A stretch of 64,000 nucleotides of DNA from an uncultured virus (IMG/VR IMGVR_UViG_3300031133_000403) (IMGVR_UViG_3300031133_000403), one strand, 5' to 3'. Counted from the stretch's first letter, positions 1 to 10,225 are shown. The notes: generated from the letters alone by a model not told the origin. Numbers and translations are program-made.

Positions 1-552
1 TCAGTCGGCGAACGGATCGATCGGCAGGCCCTCGTATTCCGTGGCGTCGACCGTCGACCGTCGTCCCGCCGTCTCGCGCCGCACTTCCGTCAGGCAGCGC
101 CGCGCGACCTCAAGGGCCCGCCTGCTGCCGCGAAGACTGAGTGCATCGATCCGCCTGCCTGCGCGGTTCAGCTGCAGCGAGTACGATGCGGCGAAGTCCC
201 CCAGTGCGGCTTCGGGCAGGCTGAACGCGACGCCCCGTCTGCCGAACAGCTCCAGGCCGATCGCGGGGCCGCCCGAATAGCGTCGACCGTTCATGGTCAG
301 CGAGACGCCTTCGTAGGTCTCGCCCTCCTTGGCCGTCCACCGCGCGTTGACGTCCGCCAGGATCGGCGGGCCCTGGTCGTTGAGCGCCAGCACCAGCATG
401 CTCGAGCCGGGACCCCGGTATTCGTTGGTCATGAGGCAGAAGGCGTCGCCCTGCGTGATGCGCCATCCGCGCGTGGTCGGCCATTCTCGCGCGTTCGCCG
501 TGCCGGCCGTCGCAGCCAGTGCGACGAGCGTCGTGATCGCTGTCTTCAGCAT
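1..552 (-). CDS. Secreted hypothetical protein
   Basis: MLKTAITTLVALAATAGTANA resembles a Sec signal peptide with an AxA cleavage site; start could also be 570. Confidence 0.7.
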   Translation of the reverse strand: MLKTAITTLVALAATAGTANAREWPTTRGWRITQGDAFCLMTNEYRGPGSSMLVLALNDQGPPILADVNARWTAKEGETYEGVSLTMNGRRYSGGPAIGLELFGRRGVAFSLPEAALGDFAASYSLQLNRAGRRIDALSLRGSRRALEVARRCLTEVRRETAGRRSTVDATEYEGLPIDPFAD

Positions 553-566
553 GGTGGTCCCCTGTC

Positions 567-731
567 TCATACGGCCTTGCCGTGAATGCGGTTGTCGTTG
601 GCCATGCGGATGGCGCGCGTGCGTCGCGCTTCCTCCATCCTGAGGCCAGCGAACGCCGAGCGCTTCGCCGCCGCCGCTCTGCTGGCGATCATCCTGTCGA
701 GCGTCGCGCGCCCGGCTCCGGTCTTTTCCAT
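567..731 (-). CDS. Small hypothetical protein (54 aa)
   Basis: GGAG upstream of ATG 731; fills the gap between co-oriented genes. Confidence 0.4.
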   Translation of the reverse strand: MEKTGAGRATLDRMIASRAAAAKRSAFAGLRMEEARRTRAIRMANDNRIHGKAV

Positions 732-774
732 TCCATGTCTCCTTCGGACCCGCCGTCTTCCGGTCGGGAAATCC

Positions 775-2142
775 TCATGCCGCTCGGGCGGCATTTCCCA
801 TCGCATGGCCGATCGGCTGCATCGTCGGCGTGACGCGCAGCGTGAGGCGCGGCTTCCTGTTGCACTGGTCCATCGCGGCGTGCCTCACGACGCCGGCGTC
901 GAGCAGTTCGGGGCTGGCGACCACGTCGGTCAACGCCCGTCCCCTCACGCCGTTCAGCATGGTGTCGGGAAGCGTGATGCCCATGGCCTGCAGCGTTTCA
1001 CCGCGCCAGACGACGCCCGGTGCGATCTCGACGTCGCCGAGGATGCGGGATCCGGAGACGCGCAGCTTGAAGCCCTCGTCCACGCGCACCGAGCCTTCCT
1101 CCAGGCATTGCTCGAGCAGATCCTCGGCATCTCGCTGCTGCGCGAGGCGTCGCGCCGACACCGTGTCGATCGTCCAGTCGACGACGGCGGCGCCGGGAAC
1201 CGGTCCGTAGGCCTTGTGACGCTTGCGCTGCGACCTGATGGTGTCGGCCACCTCCTCCGCCAGACGCTTTGGTTCGCATACCGACTGCGTGATCGTCCTG
1301 ACGGTCTCCACGCGGCGGCGGCCCGAGGGACCGTAGCCTTCGACGACCAGCCATGCCGTCGGTTCCGGATGTCCTCCCGGATGCGTCCGCACGTCGAAGC
1401 CGATTGGAAGGCCCGAATCCGAGGCCACCTTGTCCAGCATTCGCTTCAGATCGTTCGTCACGGACTTCAGACGGTGCAGATCCCTCCGCCCGGCGACGAG
1501 CGCCTTCGGCGCCGTCGCGACCCGCTTCATCAGGTCCCCGTGCGACAGGTGGGCCAGTTCGAACCCGGTCCAGGACGCCGCGGTCCACCACAGCCCGTCC
1601 TCGTGCACCTGCACTTCGCGGCTTTGCCACGCCCTGGTGATCTCGCGTGATCTGGCTCTGATCGGCGTGCCCGGGTCCAGCGTGCGCTCGAGCAGATGCA
1701 GCGCGGCCGCGACGATGGCGTCGCCCGCCGCGTTGGCGGACGGCATCAGCGAGGGATGCGCCTTGCGCGGAGCGGTGGGATGCTCCTGCGCGATCGACGG
1801 TATCATGTAGCGGGTGTCGTTGCCCTGGATGCCGTTGATGCACGCGAACACCTGTCCGTGGCTCCAGTGCACGTCGTGATCGGCGATGAACTCCAGGCGA
1901 TCGCCCCTCCAGTTCTCGCTCTGCAGATTGTCCCAGAAGCGGTGTACGATCTCCCGCGCGACCCGCACGAGCTGATCCATCGTTTCGGCATCCGGCTCCC
2001 CGCCCCGCAGCGCGGCGTCGGCGAGATGCGCGACGATCATCCGTGCGGTGGTCCGGTATGGAGGATTCGCCCCTTCCGGCACGCCGGCCTGGGCCAGTCG
2101 CCGTTCGATCGCCGCACCGCGGTCCCTGGGTGTCTTTGGCAT
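775..2142 (-). CDS. PET-GR motif family protein (455 aa)
   Basis: C-terminal LPDTMLNGVRGRALTDVVASP; AGGAG RBS. Confidence 0.8.
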   Translation of the reverse strand: MPKTPRDRGAAIERRLAQAGVPEGANPPYRTTARMIVAHLADAALRGGEPDAETMDQLVRVAREIVHRFWDNLQSENWRGDRLEFIADHDVHWSHGQVFACINGIQGNDTRYMIPSIAQEHPTAPRKAHPSLMPSANAAGDAIVAAALHLLERTLDPGTPIRARSREITRAWQSREVQVHEDGLWWTAASWTGFELAHLSHGDLMKRVATAPKALVAGRRDLHRLKSVTNDLKRMLDKVASDSGLPIGFDVRTHPGGHPEPTAWLVVEGYGPSGRRRVETVRTITQSVCEPKRLAEEVADTIRSQRKRHKAYGPVPGAAVVDWTIDTVSARRLAQQRDAEDLLEQCLEEGSVRVDEGFKLRVSGSRILGDVEIAPGVVWRGETLQAMGITLPDTMLNGVRGRALTDVVASPELLDAGVVRHAAMDQCNRKPRLTLRVTPTMQPIGHAMGNAARAA

Positions 2143-2161
2143 GGAGGTCTCCTGCGTTCCG

Positions 2162-2662
2162 TCAGTCTGCCATGCGGGCGATGGCGTCTTCGATCATGCG
2201 CGCGTTCTCGGCCGAGGTCCGCGACCGGATGACCTGCCCGACGTGACCGTCGAGTCCTTCGGCGACCTGCGCCGAGACGCGGTCCTCGCCGATGTCCGAA
2301 GTCAGTGCCAGGATCGCGCACGGCGCATTCCCGAGCCGCCGCTGGATGATGGTGCACATCGCCGCCACCACGCAGTTGTCCGCCAGATCCGCCTCCTTCA
2401 GCACGAACAGCACCGGTCGCCCGGTGGCCGTGGCCGGTTCGACCCGGTCGTACGCCACCAGGTTGAGGGCGCCCGGATGATATTCGATGCCGGCCATGTC
2501 GATGACGAGCGTCTCCATGCCGATGGAGCGGCCGACGTCGGCGGCGATGCGCGCGGCGTCGTCGTGCAGTCCGTGCGTGAGCACACCGGCGACGAGTGGC
2601 GTTCCGCTTTGCGCCAGAGTGACCACCGCGTGCGCGATGGATGCCGAGTTCTCGAGTGTCAT
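2162..2662 (-). CDS. Hypothetical protein
   Basis: AAAGGG RBS before MTLENSA; protein-like composition. Confidence 0.65.
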   Translation of the reverse strand: MTLENSASIAHAVVTLAQSGTPLVAGVLTHGLHDDAARIAADVGRSIGMETLVIDMAGIEYHPGALNLVAYDRVEPATATGRPVLFVLKEADLADNCVVAAMCTIIQRRLGNAPCAILALTSDIGEDRVSAQVAEGLDGHVGQVIRSRTSAENARMIEDAIARMAD

Positions 2663-2682
2663 CGTCGTTCCCTTTTTCGGTT

Positions 2683-3744
2683 TCAGTCGTTTTCGCGGAT
2701 CCGTCGCCACGTCCATGCGATGAGCGTGGCGCGTGCCCGTTCGATCAGCGTGAGATGCCGCTGCAGAAGCGCGGCCTCGCGGTCGAGGTCGTCGATCAGC
2801 GCCGCGTGCATCCGCACCGCCCTGGCGGTCGCTCCGACGCCTGCGGCTCCCAGCGCCATGGCCGCGACGGCGGAGCCGAACGGCAGCATGGCGAGCGCGG
2901 CCAGCAGGCACACCAGCCCGCCTGCGCCCGTCGCCTGGTGGGGCAGCGCGTCGCGGCGCTTCCGCCGTTCGCCTCGCGTCGGATCGTATGCGGTGGACAC
3001 CTGTTCGCGCCCCGATGCGGGCAGACTGATCATGGCCGGCTGCCGGTCGTATCCACCCGGCGTCTTGCGCAGCAGCGCGTGCACCAGCGTACCGGCCTTC
3101 GCGCCTTCCAGCACGTCCATCATTCGGAACGCCACGCGTCGACCGGCATGGTCGTGCATGACGTCTTCTGTTTTGGTGTGGCCCGCGTAGATGCCTTCGA
3201 CGAGCGTCCATCCTGCGTTCTCGTCCAGGGTGAAGTCCTTCAATCTCGCATGTATGCCGGCGCGTCCCAGAGGAGCCAAGTCCCTGCGCATCGCGGCTTC
3301 GAGTTCGTTCGGCATCGTCGGACACGGCGCGCTTCGCCAGGCCCATCGCGAGGTGGTCGCGTTGTAGCATGCGAACCCCGTCCGGTCGCCGTGCGTCAGA
3401 ACGACGAGATACGCCCTGTCCCCGGGCTTCGCCTTCGTCGCGAGCTCCTCGTGTCCGGTGCTGCGTTCCCCGCTGTCGAAGACGATCGTCGCCGCCTCGA
3501 CCTCCTGCTCGTAGGACTCGTCGTCGTACACCGTGACTGGAACGTCGCGCCATTCGTACACCGGCGTGATCGCCGACACGCGTCTTCCATCCACCTCGTG
3601 GAACCGGTCGCCGACGTGCTGCCATTCGCTCCGCATCGTCGTGCGCGCAACGGACCGCGTTCGGGGCACCTTGCACGTGAACGGCTTCTGCACCCAGCCG
3701 CCGATCACCGTGATGCGCAGCGGCGCGCTCACCGTCCTCGCCAT
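2683..3744 (-). CDS. Hypothetical protein with C-terminal hydrophobic segments
   Basis: GAGGA RBS before MARTVSA; hydrophobic GLVCLLAALAMLPFGSAVAAMALGA. Confidence 0.7.
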   Translation of the reverse strand: MARTVSAPLRITVIGGWVQKPFTCKVPRTRSVARTTMRSEWQHVGDRFHEVDGRRVSAITPVYEWRDVPVTVYDDESYEQEVEAATIVFDSGERSTGHEELATKAKPGDRAYLVVLTHGDRTGFACYNATTSRWAWRSAPCPTMPNELEAAMRRDLAPLGRAGIHARLKDFTLDENAGWTLVEGIYAGHTKTEDVMHDHAGRRVAFRMMDVLEGAKAGTLVHALLRKTPGGYDRQPAMISLPASGREQVSTAYDPTRGERRKRRDALPHQATGAGGLVCLLAALAMLPFGSAVAAMALGAAGVGATARAVRMHAALIDDLDREAALLQRHLTLIERARATLIAWTWRRIREND

Positions 3745-3801
3745 GGCGTTTTCCTCTCTGAAACGGTATCTTCCATCACCCGCACCCGCCCAACAACCAC
3801 G

Positions 3802-3830
3802 TTTCAGGATGGATTGCCGCATGCTATGCT
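3802..3830 (+). promoter_or_regulatory. Candidate promoter TTTCAG-N17-TATGCT containing the recurrent TTTCAGGAT motif
   Basis: 17-nt spacing, 27 nt upstream of ATG 3858, in a divergent intergenic region. Confidence 0.4.
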
Positions 3831-3857
3831 CGGGCATTGGCAAAGGATTCATGAACG

Positions 3858-4856
3858 ATGGCTATCTTCGACGGACTGAGAAGGGCTGCGGGCCTCACCA
3901 CCGACGCCGACCGCGAGGAGGCGCGCAGGAAGTTCGACTCCCTGACGCACGCCCAGGACGAACGCGGTGCCTTCGTGCGCAAGGTCGTCCAGGGCTTCGA
4001 AGGGGCCGGCGACGATCTCGTGCGGCGCGCGCTTCCGCAGACCGGTGCGGCGACCTCTCCCAGTCGGGGAACTCCGCGTCGCATCTCACGCGACCCGGAC
4101 GTCAGGCGCGCGCAGATCGCCCAGGGGGCCGATCACGAGTTCAGCCGCTTCGTCATCGATTCCTCGAATTTCGGCGTCGGCACCGAACTGGGCGCCGTCG
4201 TCCGCAAGACCGCGATCGACCAGCTGACCGCGCATCCCGCTCTGCAGCAGCTCGTTCCGCATTCCTCGAGTCCTTCGCGAAGGGCGTCCAGCCTCGCGAC
4301 CGTCCTCCACGAGCAGGGCGTCGCGAACGCGAAGATGGTCCGGACGTACCTCGAGGCGGGTCCCGCCAGCGAGGCCGCGGTGACCAGGTCCGCCCAGAAG
4401 CTCGCGATGGATGACCATTCCGCCGATCGCGCCGTCACCCTGAAGGCGGCGGCCGGTCCATCGGGCGTGGCTCCTTCCGACATGCGCGAAGCCGCCTCGC
4501 TGGCTCTGGCCAAGGCCCGCGCCGGCGTGCTGCCTCCGGAGACCGTCGTCAAGCTGGCGCTCCTGCCCTCGAACGTCCTGTCGCGCGTGGGTCCAGAAGC
4601 GGGTCTCGCCAGGGCCTGGCCCGAGCCTAAGCGCATCATGCCCAACTATCACATCGCCGCCCTCACGGAGCGCGACCCGGACGCCCGGCAGGCCCTCGTC
4701 GACAGCTTCCGCACGACCCCCGACAAGCCGCTCCCGACCCGGTTCGTGCTCCCCGCTCCGGATGTGACGACGGCGCCCAAGGAGGCCCGTGAGAGGAAGC
4801 CGCAGGTGAACGCCGCCGCGATCGTCGCGATCTCCCATGGTCTGGGGAGGGGCTGA
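3858..4856 (+). CDS. Hypothetical protein (332 aa)
   Basis: AAAGGA upstream; fills a region with no credible minus-strand gene; followed by hairpins. Confidence 0.75.
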   Translation: MAIFDGLRRAAGLTTDADREEARRKFDSLTHAQDERGAFVRKVVQGFEGAGDDLVRRALPQTGAATSPSRGTPRRISRDPDVRRAQIAQGADHEFSRFVIDSSNFGVGTELGAVVRKTAIDQLTAHPALQQLVPHSSSPSRRASSLATVLHEQGVANAKMVRTYLEAGPASEAAVTRSAQKLAMDDHSADRAVTLKAAAGPSGVAPSDMREAASLALAKARAGVLPPETVVKLALLPSNVLSRVGPEAGLARAWPEPKRIMPNYHIAALTERDPDARQALVDSFRTTPDKPLPTRFVLPAPDVTTAPKEARERKPQVNAAAIVAISHGLGRG

Positions 4857-4880
4857 CGCCTGGCGGACGTCCCTCCTCCT

Positions 4881-4997
4881 CGATGTCGCAAAGGCCGCAA
4901 TCCCGACGGTCTTGCGACATCGGGCGGGCCGGGGTGGCCGGACGGGGACGTGCCGACCCTCTCCGGCCGAGACCGGTCGACACGTCCCCGTCCGGCC
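4881..4997. terminator. Two tandem hairpins between convergent genes
   Basis: CGATGTCGCAA...TTGCGACATCG (4881-4922) and a perfect 17-bp stem at 4936-4952/4981-4997. Confidence 0.55.
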
Positions 4998-5000
4998 GGC

Positions 5001-5126
5001 TCAGATGACCCGCGTCACCAGCATGACCATGGCGCCCACGACGCCCCAGGATCCGGTCGTCAGACCAACCAGCACCAGCGCCCGGCGGCGTGGGCTCATG
5101 TATTGGGTATCGGGTTCTTTCTCCAT
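5001..5126 (-). CDS. Small membrane protein (41 aa)
   Basis: Manually translated: MEKEPDTQYMSPRRRALVLVGLTTGSWGVVGAMVMLVTRVI. Confidence 0.4.
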   Translation of the reverse strand: MEKEPDTQYMSPRRRALVLVGLTTGSWGVVGAMVMLVTRVI

Positions 5127-5195
5127 GCGGGGAGTCTATCCTGAAAACCAGTCGACCGTCAATCCGGACGCCGCGGTTCCGAAGAACGGGTACGG

Positions 5196-5690
5196 TCACC
5201 GTCGATGCGGACGGCTCCGCATGGATAGCGCCCTGAACGGGGCGCTCAGGATCATGGGGTCGGCATCGGACGCCACGTCCGCAAGCGTTCCGACGATCGC
5301 CGGTATGGTTCTCCGCCCCGCCGTTATGGAACCTCCGGTACGGTGCCAGCCGTCCCAGATCTGAACCCGGTCCGGTTCGATCGTGACGACGATCGGTTCG
5401 AGGATCTCCTCCGTCGCCAGGACGTCCCATTCGCGCACGCCGTCCAGCTCCCGGGCGATCTCGTCGCACTCGATCCGGAACCACCGCGCCCAGGACTGCT
5501 CGAGCGTCTCGATCACGGGTTTGCGCTCGCCCTGCCCGATGCACCCGATGACGACGGCCAGATCGAGATCGGGCACCAGGCGCCAGTTCAGGGCCGCCGC
5601 GTCCAGATCGCCGTCGTCGCACATGCCCTGATGCATCGCGGCGATGTCCCGCAGCTGCCGAGGCGTTCGGGTGGCGTAGAAGTCGTCCAT
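5196..5690 (-). CDS. ParB/sulfiredoxin-like N-terminal domain protein
   Basis: PIVV...IWDGWHR...GRRTIPAIV matches the ParB/Srx DGxHR signature. Confidence 0.7.
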   Translation of the reverse strand: MDDFYATRTPRQLRDIAAMHQGMCDDGDLDAAALNWRLVPDLDLAVVIGCIGQGERKPVIETLEQSWARWFRIECDEIARELDGVREWDVLATEEILEPIVVTIEPDRVQIWDGWHRTGGSITAGRRTIPAIVGTLADVASDADPMILSAPFRALSMRSRPHRR

Positions 5691-5938
5691 GTCTTTTCCC
5701 CTCACGTCGGCATTTCGATCGAGTGTTGCAGGATGGTCTGGACATTGCAGCCTTGGCGAGTCAGAAAGGCGTCCAAGGCGTCCAGATGCGTACGCCGGTC
5801 GTCCACCATGACGAACGCCCCTTCAGGCGAACGCTGCTGCGAATCTTCGAACCTTGGAAACGTCTCTGGACCCTTTGCGCCCCGAGCTTTCCGCGAGTGG
5901 ACGGCGGGCCGGCTTCAGCGGGCGCGATGAGGATCTGG

Positions 5939-7381
5939 ATGATGACGAAGGACGTTCCCGTTCGGCGCGCGAAGCAGCGTGCCAAGAAGATCGCCGCCCA
6001 GGGCGGCTCCCACCAGAAGGCGCTGGACGACATCGCGCGCGCCGGCGGTCACGCCCACTGGTCCGCCAGGCTCGACGCGGCCGGCGCACCCGCGACGTTC
6101 GACGCCGACAGGCATGCGGCCGACGCTGCGGTCGTGTTCACCCGCACCTGGCTCCTCCACGACCCGGTGCGCCATGACGCCTGCGTGTCGTTCGTGGTGT
6201 CGTGTCTTTCGCACGAGGCGAAGCCCAAGGTGACGAGTCTCGTCGCCAAGATGTTCGTCGGCATGTGGCTGCGCAGGCATCCCTCCACCATGGGCGCCGA
6301 GACGGTGTCCGACGCCGTCGCTTCCCTCATGGTGGCGTCGTTCGACATGCTGGAGGAGGCACGGACGCAGGCCTCGAGGACGGGTTCCTCCTTCACCGAT
6401 CGCCAGGGTCATTTCCTGAACAGGATGATTCTGGAGTCCACGGGCGACATTACCCTCGCGGAATCGTCTCTTCTGAAGCAGTCCGATGGTCTGGACATCG
6501 AACACGCCGCCGCCTGCATCGCCCACCGCTGCCGCGTCATCGCCAACTCCCCGGTGGACGCGATGATCGACGTGGATTCGTCACGTCTTCCGCTCGACGT
6601 CGTCGCGGCGATGGTCGCCTCGAAGGCCGATGGTGCCATGCTCGATGCGCGGCAGCGTGACGCGATCGACCGTCTCGTGTCCCTCAGTCCCCCGTCCACG
6701 CCGTTCGCCGGCGACATTTCGTGGGGTCTGAGGGACATCGCGTCCGCGCTCGGTGACGAGGTCGAACGCATGCGCCTCGCCCTCTGCGTCCGCGGCATGA
6801 CGTGCGGCGTGGTCTCGCTGCTGCTTGACCGGCTTCCTCTCCGCGACGGCGCAAGAGGCATGGTCGAGACCTACGGGTCCGCGCTCGGCGCCGGATCCTC
6901 GGACTGTCTCACCTCGTCATGGCTGCTCGATTCCTTCGAGAAGATCGACGCCGGCGCGCGGCCCTTCAGCTACAACCCCCTCGCCGGCGCCATGTCCCAT
7001 GGCATGACGAGGTCCGCTGACGCGGACCTGCTCGTCGCGATCTCGCCCCTCCCGCTGACGACGGGACGATCCGATGGCGAGGCCTCCGCCAAGGCCGTTC
7101 GCCTCATCGCCGACCTGGCCTGGACGCTTCGGGGCGCGGGGTCGAGAAAGAATGAACTGGGCGTCGACGATGCACCCATATCCCTGCCGATGATCAGCAC
7201 GGTGATCGACCGCTGGGTGCCCAACCCCGCTCAGATCGCTCTCTTCGCGTCCCTGAACGGCATGGACCGGGATCTCGTCGCCAGACTGCGCTCGTCGCTC
7301 CTCGATGCGTCGACCATGTCCCTGGTGCGCGATTCCCTGCTCGCCTTCCGCAACGAGGCTCTGGCCCGGGCCGCGTCGTGA
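5939..7381 (+). CDS. Hypothetical protein with N-terminal glyoxalase-superfamily (Glyoxalase_8-like) helical domain
   Basis: AKQRAKKIA...SHQKALDDIARAGGHAHW pattern; GAGGA RBS at 5929. Confidence 0.65.
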   Translation: MMTKDVPVRRAKQRAKKIAAQGGSHQKALDDIARAGGHAHWSARLDAAGAPATFDADRHAADAAVVFTRTWLLHDPVRHDACVSFVVSCLSHEAKPKVTSLVAKMFVGMWLRRHPSTMGAETVSDAVASLMVASFDMLEEARTQASRTGSSFTDRQGHFLNRMILESTGDITLAESSLLKQSDGLDIEHAAACIAHRCRVIANSPVDAMIDVDSSRLPLDVVAAMVASKADGAMLDARQRDAIDRLVSLSPPSTPFAGDISWGLRDIASALGDEVERMRLALCVRGMTCGVVSLLLDRLPLRDGARGMVETYGSALGAGSSDCLTSSWLLDSFEKIDAGARPFSYNPLAGAMSHGMTRSADADLLVAISPLPLTTGRSDGEASAKAVRLIADLAWTLRGAGSRKNELGVDDAPISLPMISTVIDRWVPNPAQIALFASLNGMDRDLVARLRSSLLDASTMSLVRDSLLAFRNEALARAAS

Positions 7382-7384
7382 GGT

Positions 7385-7419
7385 ACGAAGGGCGCGTCCC
7401 TCCGGGATGCGCCCTTCGT
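7385..7419. terminator. Hairpin between convergent genes
   Basis: ACGAAGGGCGCGTCCC-TCC-GGGATGCGCCCTTCGT: 16-bp stem with one G-U pair, directly after stop 7381. Confidence 0.65.
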
Positions 7420-7591
7420 CTCCGAAACCACCGCCGCGCCGCCGGGGACCGTGTGGTCGATCCACGCGGTTCGCGCCACGTGGATCGTTTCCATTCAACG
7501 AAGCGGATCGCCGCTCGTTGCCTTCGTCACGTACGCCGCGTCGCGCCAGGACCTCGGTCCGTCGCTCGGTTCGGTCCGCGATCCGCCGGCA

Positions 7592-7891
7592 TCACGCCCA
7601 CAGCGCCCAGGTGGTGGCGCAGGTCACGCTCACCACGGCCGCCAGCACGCACGACCACAGATGCAGGGTCGCCAGATCGCGCGCCGCCTCGGTCGTCTTG
7701 GGCCTGCGTGCCGAGCGTCGTCTGACCGTCCATTCCAGGCTGGCCGTCAGCAGCGTGGCGATCGCGAGCGGCATGGTGGTCCAGCCGTCTCCGAACGCGC
7801 CCAGCGCCGATGCGTTGGTGGCGGTCGTCAGGATGGCCAGCGTCACCACGTGGACGATGATCGGATCGGGTCTCGGGCGCGTCTGCATCAT
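7592..7891 (-). CDS. Small membrane protein
   Basis: Three hydrophobic segments. Confidence 0.5.
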   Translation of the reverse strand: MMQTRPRPDPIIVHVVTLAILTTATNASALGAFGDGWTTMPLAIATLLTASLEWTVRRRSARRPKTTEAARDLATLHLWSCVLAAVVSVTCATTWALWA

Positions 7892-7935
7892 GGGTCGGAC
7901 ATGGCGTCGTCGGACGTCCGTTTCCAGCGAGCCCG

Positions 7936-8433
7936 CTACTTCGCCTGGTCCCACGACGTGTAGCCGCCGCTCCCGTTGTCAGGCGTGCGCGCCGCGCCGT
8001 CGGGCGCCTGCCGCCATTCCTCGCGCCCCGTCGCGCCGGCCTTCATGCGGCCAAGCGTGTGCTCGACGTCTCCGGTGGGCATGCTGACGCGCGGAGGATT
8101 CACCACGGCCATCGTCACGCCCAGCACGGCGAGCAGTCCGGCGATCAGGTAGTGGATCGGTTTGGACGTGATCGGGCGGCGGAACGTGTGCTCCGATCCC
8201 TTCACGAGGAGGGCCAGCACGGCCACCACGAGCAGCACCAGGGCAGCGATGCGGATCCACGGCATGAAGGTGGTCGTCGCCGACATCCACACGCTGTCCG
8301 CCGAATGGGCGTAGATGTCGCCTGAACCGGTCGCGCGTTTGGGCGACAGCTGCGTGATCACCAGCGTCGGCAACGGACTCGCGAACAGCAGGGACAGCAG
8401 TCCCAGCACGATCGCCTGCATCTGTGAACGCAT
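7936..8433 (-). CDS. Membrane protein
   Basis: Three hydrophobic segments; purine-rich RBS. Confidence 0.65.
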   Translation of the reverse strand: MRSQMQAIVLGLLSLLFASPLPTLVITQLSPKRATGSGDIYAHSADSVWMSATTTFMPWIRIAALVLLVVAVLALLVKGSEHTFRRPITSKPIHYLIAGLLAVLGVTMAVVNPPRVSMPTGDVEHTLGRMKAGATGREEWRQAPDGAARTPDNGSGGYTSWDQAK

Positions 8434-8520
8434 CTCTTTTCCCCCCTTGGAACCAACCCCGGCCGTCGTTGCGGCTGGTCGGGTTCTAGGCGGGTGCGTC
8501 GTCCGTGCATAGCGGACGCG

Positions 8521-10170
8521 TCAGGCGGCCTTGGCGCGGCCCCGCTCGAGATGCATCCGCGCCGCGTCCTTCACCTTGCGGCGGACGGCTCCGTAGACGA
8601 TGTGGCACGACGCCTCGTAGCGGCTCATGTTCGAGATGCGCACGGGATCGATGCGCATGCGGCGCAGCGCGGAGAGCTGGCCATCCGTTGGAAGGTTGTC
8701 CAGCCAGCGCCTGTTGCCGACTGCCTGGTCGCTCTTCTCGATCGTCCTGATCCAGTCGGAGGCGGCGGCGAAGGCGTGGGCGCGCGCACCGTGATGCACG
8801 ATGTGCATGGGGCCGTCCTTCTCCTGGCCGAGTGCCATCCACTCCTCGCCCGCCTTGAAGACGGTCGCGTATCCGCACATGCCCGAGGCGAGAAGCGTCC
8901 GTCCGTCGCCGTGGATGTCGGTCCACCGGAACTGCGATCGCGACAGGTCCACCTCGTGCAGCGTGGGTGCGAAGTCCTCGATCTCCTCGTCGTCGTTGGC
9001 GGGCATCAGAGCGCCCTGTCCGTCGCTCTCGCGCTCCTTCAGATCGTCGACCGTGATCATGTGCGGGCTGATCGTCGTGCGTTCGTCTAGCTCCGCGTGA
9101 CGCGCGGCGGCGCCTGCGAAGTCCAGGCATACGCCGTCGTGCTTGATGACGCCGGGGAAGCGTTCGGCGTCCACGACCCGCAGCATGCGTCCCAGCGCCT
9201 GTATGAAGGTCGAGACGTGGATCATGGCCCGCAGCACGATGACGCATCCGGTGGGCTGGTGATCGAACCCTTCCGTCAGCAGCAGGCAGTTGGTGACGAC
9301 GTCGAGTTCGCCGGCCTTGTACTTGGCGAGGATCGAGCGCCGCCCCTCCTTGTCCGCGTAGTCGATGGCCTCCGCGCGCACGCCCGCCTCCCGAAAGGCT
9401 TCGGCGACGTCCTTGGCGTGCTGCACGGTGGAACAGAACGCGACGGTGGGCCGGCCCTTCGCCCTCGCCATCCACTGCGCGACCACGGCCTTGTTGTAGG
9501 CCGGCGTGTTGAGGATCTCCGCGACCTTCGACTGGTCGCCTTCGCCCATGCTCGACTTCGACAGCTTGCCGATCCGCTCCTGCGAGTCGCCCAGGCTCAC
9601 CGAGAAGGCGCGTGGCGGCACGAGGTGGCCGAGATCGATGAGGTCCTGGATGAAGACCTTGTAGACGATCTTGCCCAGCTCCTTGGGGAGCGGCTTGCCG
9701 TCGCCGCGTTCCGGCGTGGCCGACAGGCCCAGCGTGCGCAGCTTCTGGTTGCGCACGCGCGCCTTGGTCAGGATGCGGTTCCAGCCGTCGGCCGCCGAAT
9801 GGTGGCACTCGTCGACGATCATGTTGCTGACCGCCGGCATGCGTTCCAGACGCGCCGGGCGCGCCAGCGTCGGCACGGAGACGAACACGACCGTGCCCGT
9901 CCAGTCCTCCTCCATGCCCTTGACGACCGTGCAGCGCAGACCCGTGACGGCCTCGACGGTCGCCTTGTTCTGCTCGATCAGCTCCTCGGTGTGCTGGAGG
10001 AAGATGAAGGTGGCGTCGGGATTGCGCTTCAGCACGTCGAGGATGTGCAGCGCTCCGACCAGCGTCTTGCCCGCGCCCGTCGGCAGCACCACGATGCACG
10101 CCCGCTTCGAAAGGTGGTGCCCGTCGACGACGACGAGTGCCTCCTTCTGGTACGGGCGCGCGATGGTCAC
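8521..10170 (-). CDS. SF2 DExH helicase (IRC3/RadD-like)
   Basis: ARPYQ, LPTGAGKT, DECHH, SAT, LTEGFD, QALGRMLR motifs. Confidence 0.92.
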   Translation of the reverse strand: MTIARPYQKEALVVVDGHHLSKRACIVVLPTGAGKTLVGALHILDVLKRNPDATFIFLQHTEELIEQNKATVEAVTGLRCTVVKGMEEDWTGTVVFVSVPTLARPARLERMPAVSNMIVDECHHSAADGWNRILTKARVRNQKLRTLGLSATPERGDGKPLPKELGKIVYKVFIQDLIDLGHLVPPRAFSVSLGDSQERIGKLSKSSMGEGDQSKVAEILNTPAYNKAVVAQWMARAKGRPTVAFCSTVQHAKDVAEAFREAGVRAEAIDYADKEGRRSILAKYKAGELDVVTNCLLLTEGFDHQPTGCVIVLRAMIHVSTFIQALGRMLRVVDAERFPGVIKHDGVCLDFAGAAARHAELDERTTISPHMITVDDLKERESDGQGALMPANDDEEIEDFAPTLHEVDLSRSQFRWTDIHGDGRTLLASGMCGYATVFKAGEEWMALGQEKDGPMHIVHHGARAHAFAAASDWIRTIEKSDQAVGNRRWLDNLPTDGQLSALRRMRIDPVRISNMSRYEASCHIVYGAVRRKVKDAARMHLERGRAKAA

Positions 10171-10225
10171 GCGTCGCTTCCGTTGCGGGATTGTGTGCCG
10201 GGACCACGCATATGTGCGGATCCTA

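Noticed and set aside
5196..5690. Plasmid partition locus
   Set aside because: Only a ParB/Srx-like catalytic domain; no HTH, no parA and no parS repeats.
7231..7494. 87-aa minus-strand ORF
   Set aside because: Overlaps the 3' end of the plus-strand gene and runs through the hairpin; unsupported.
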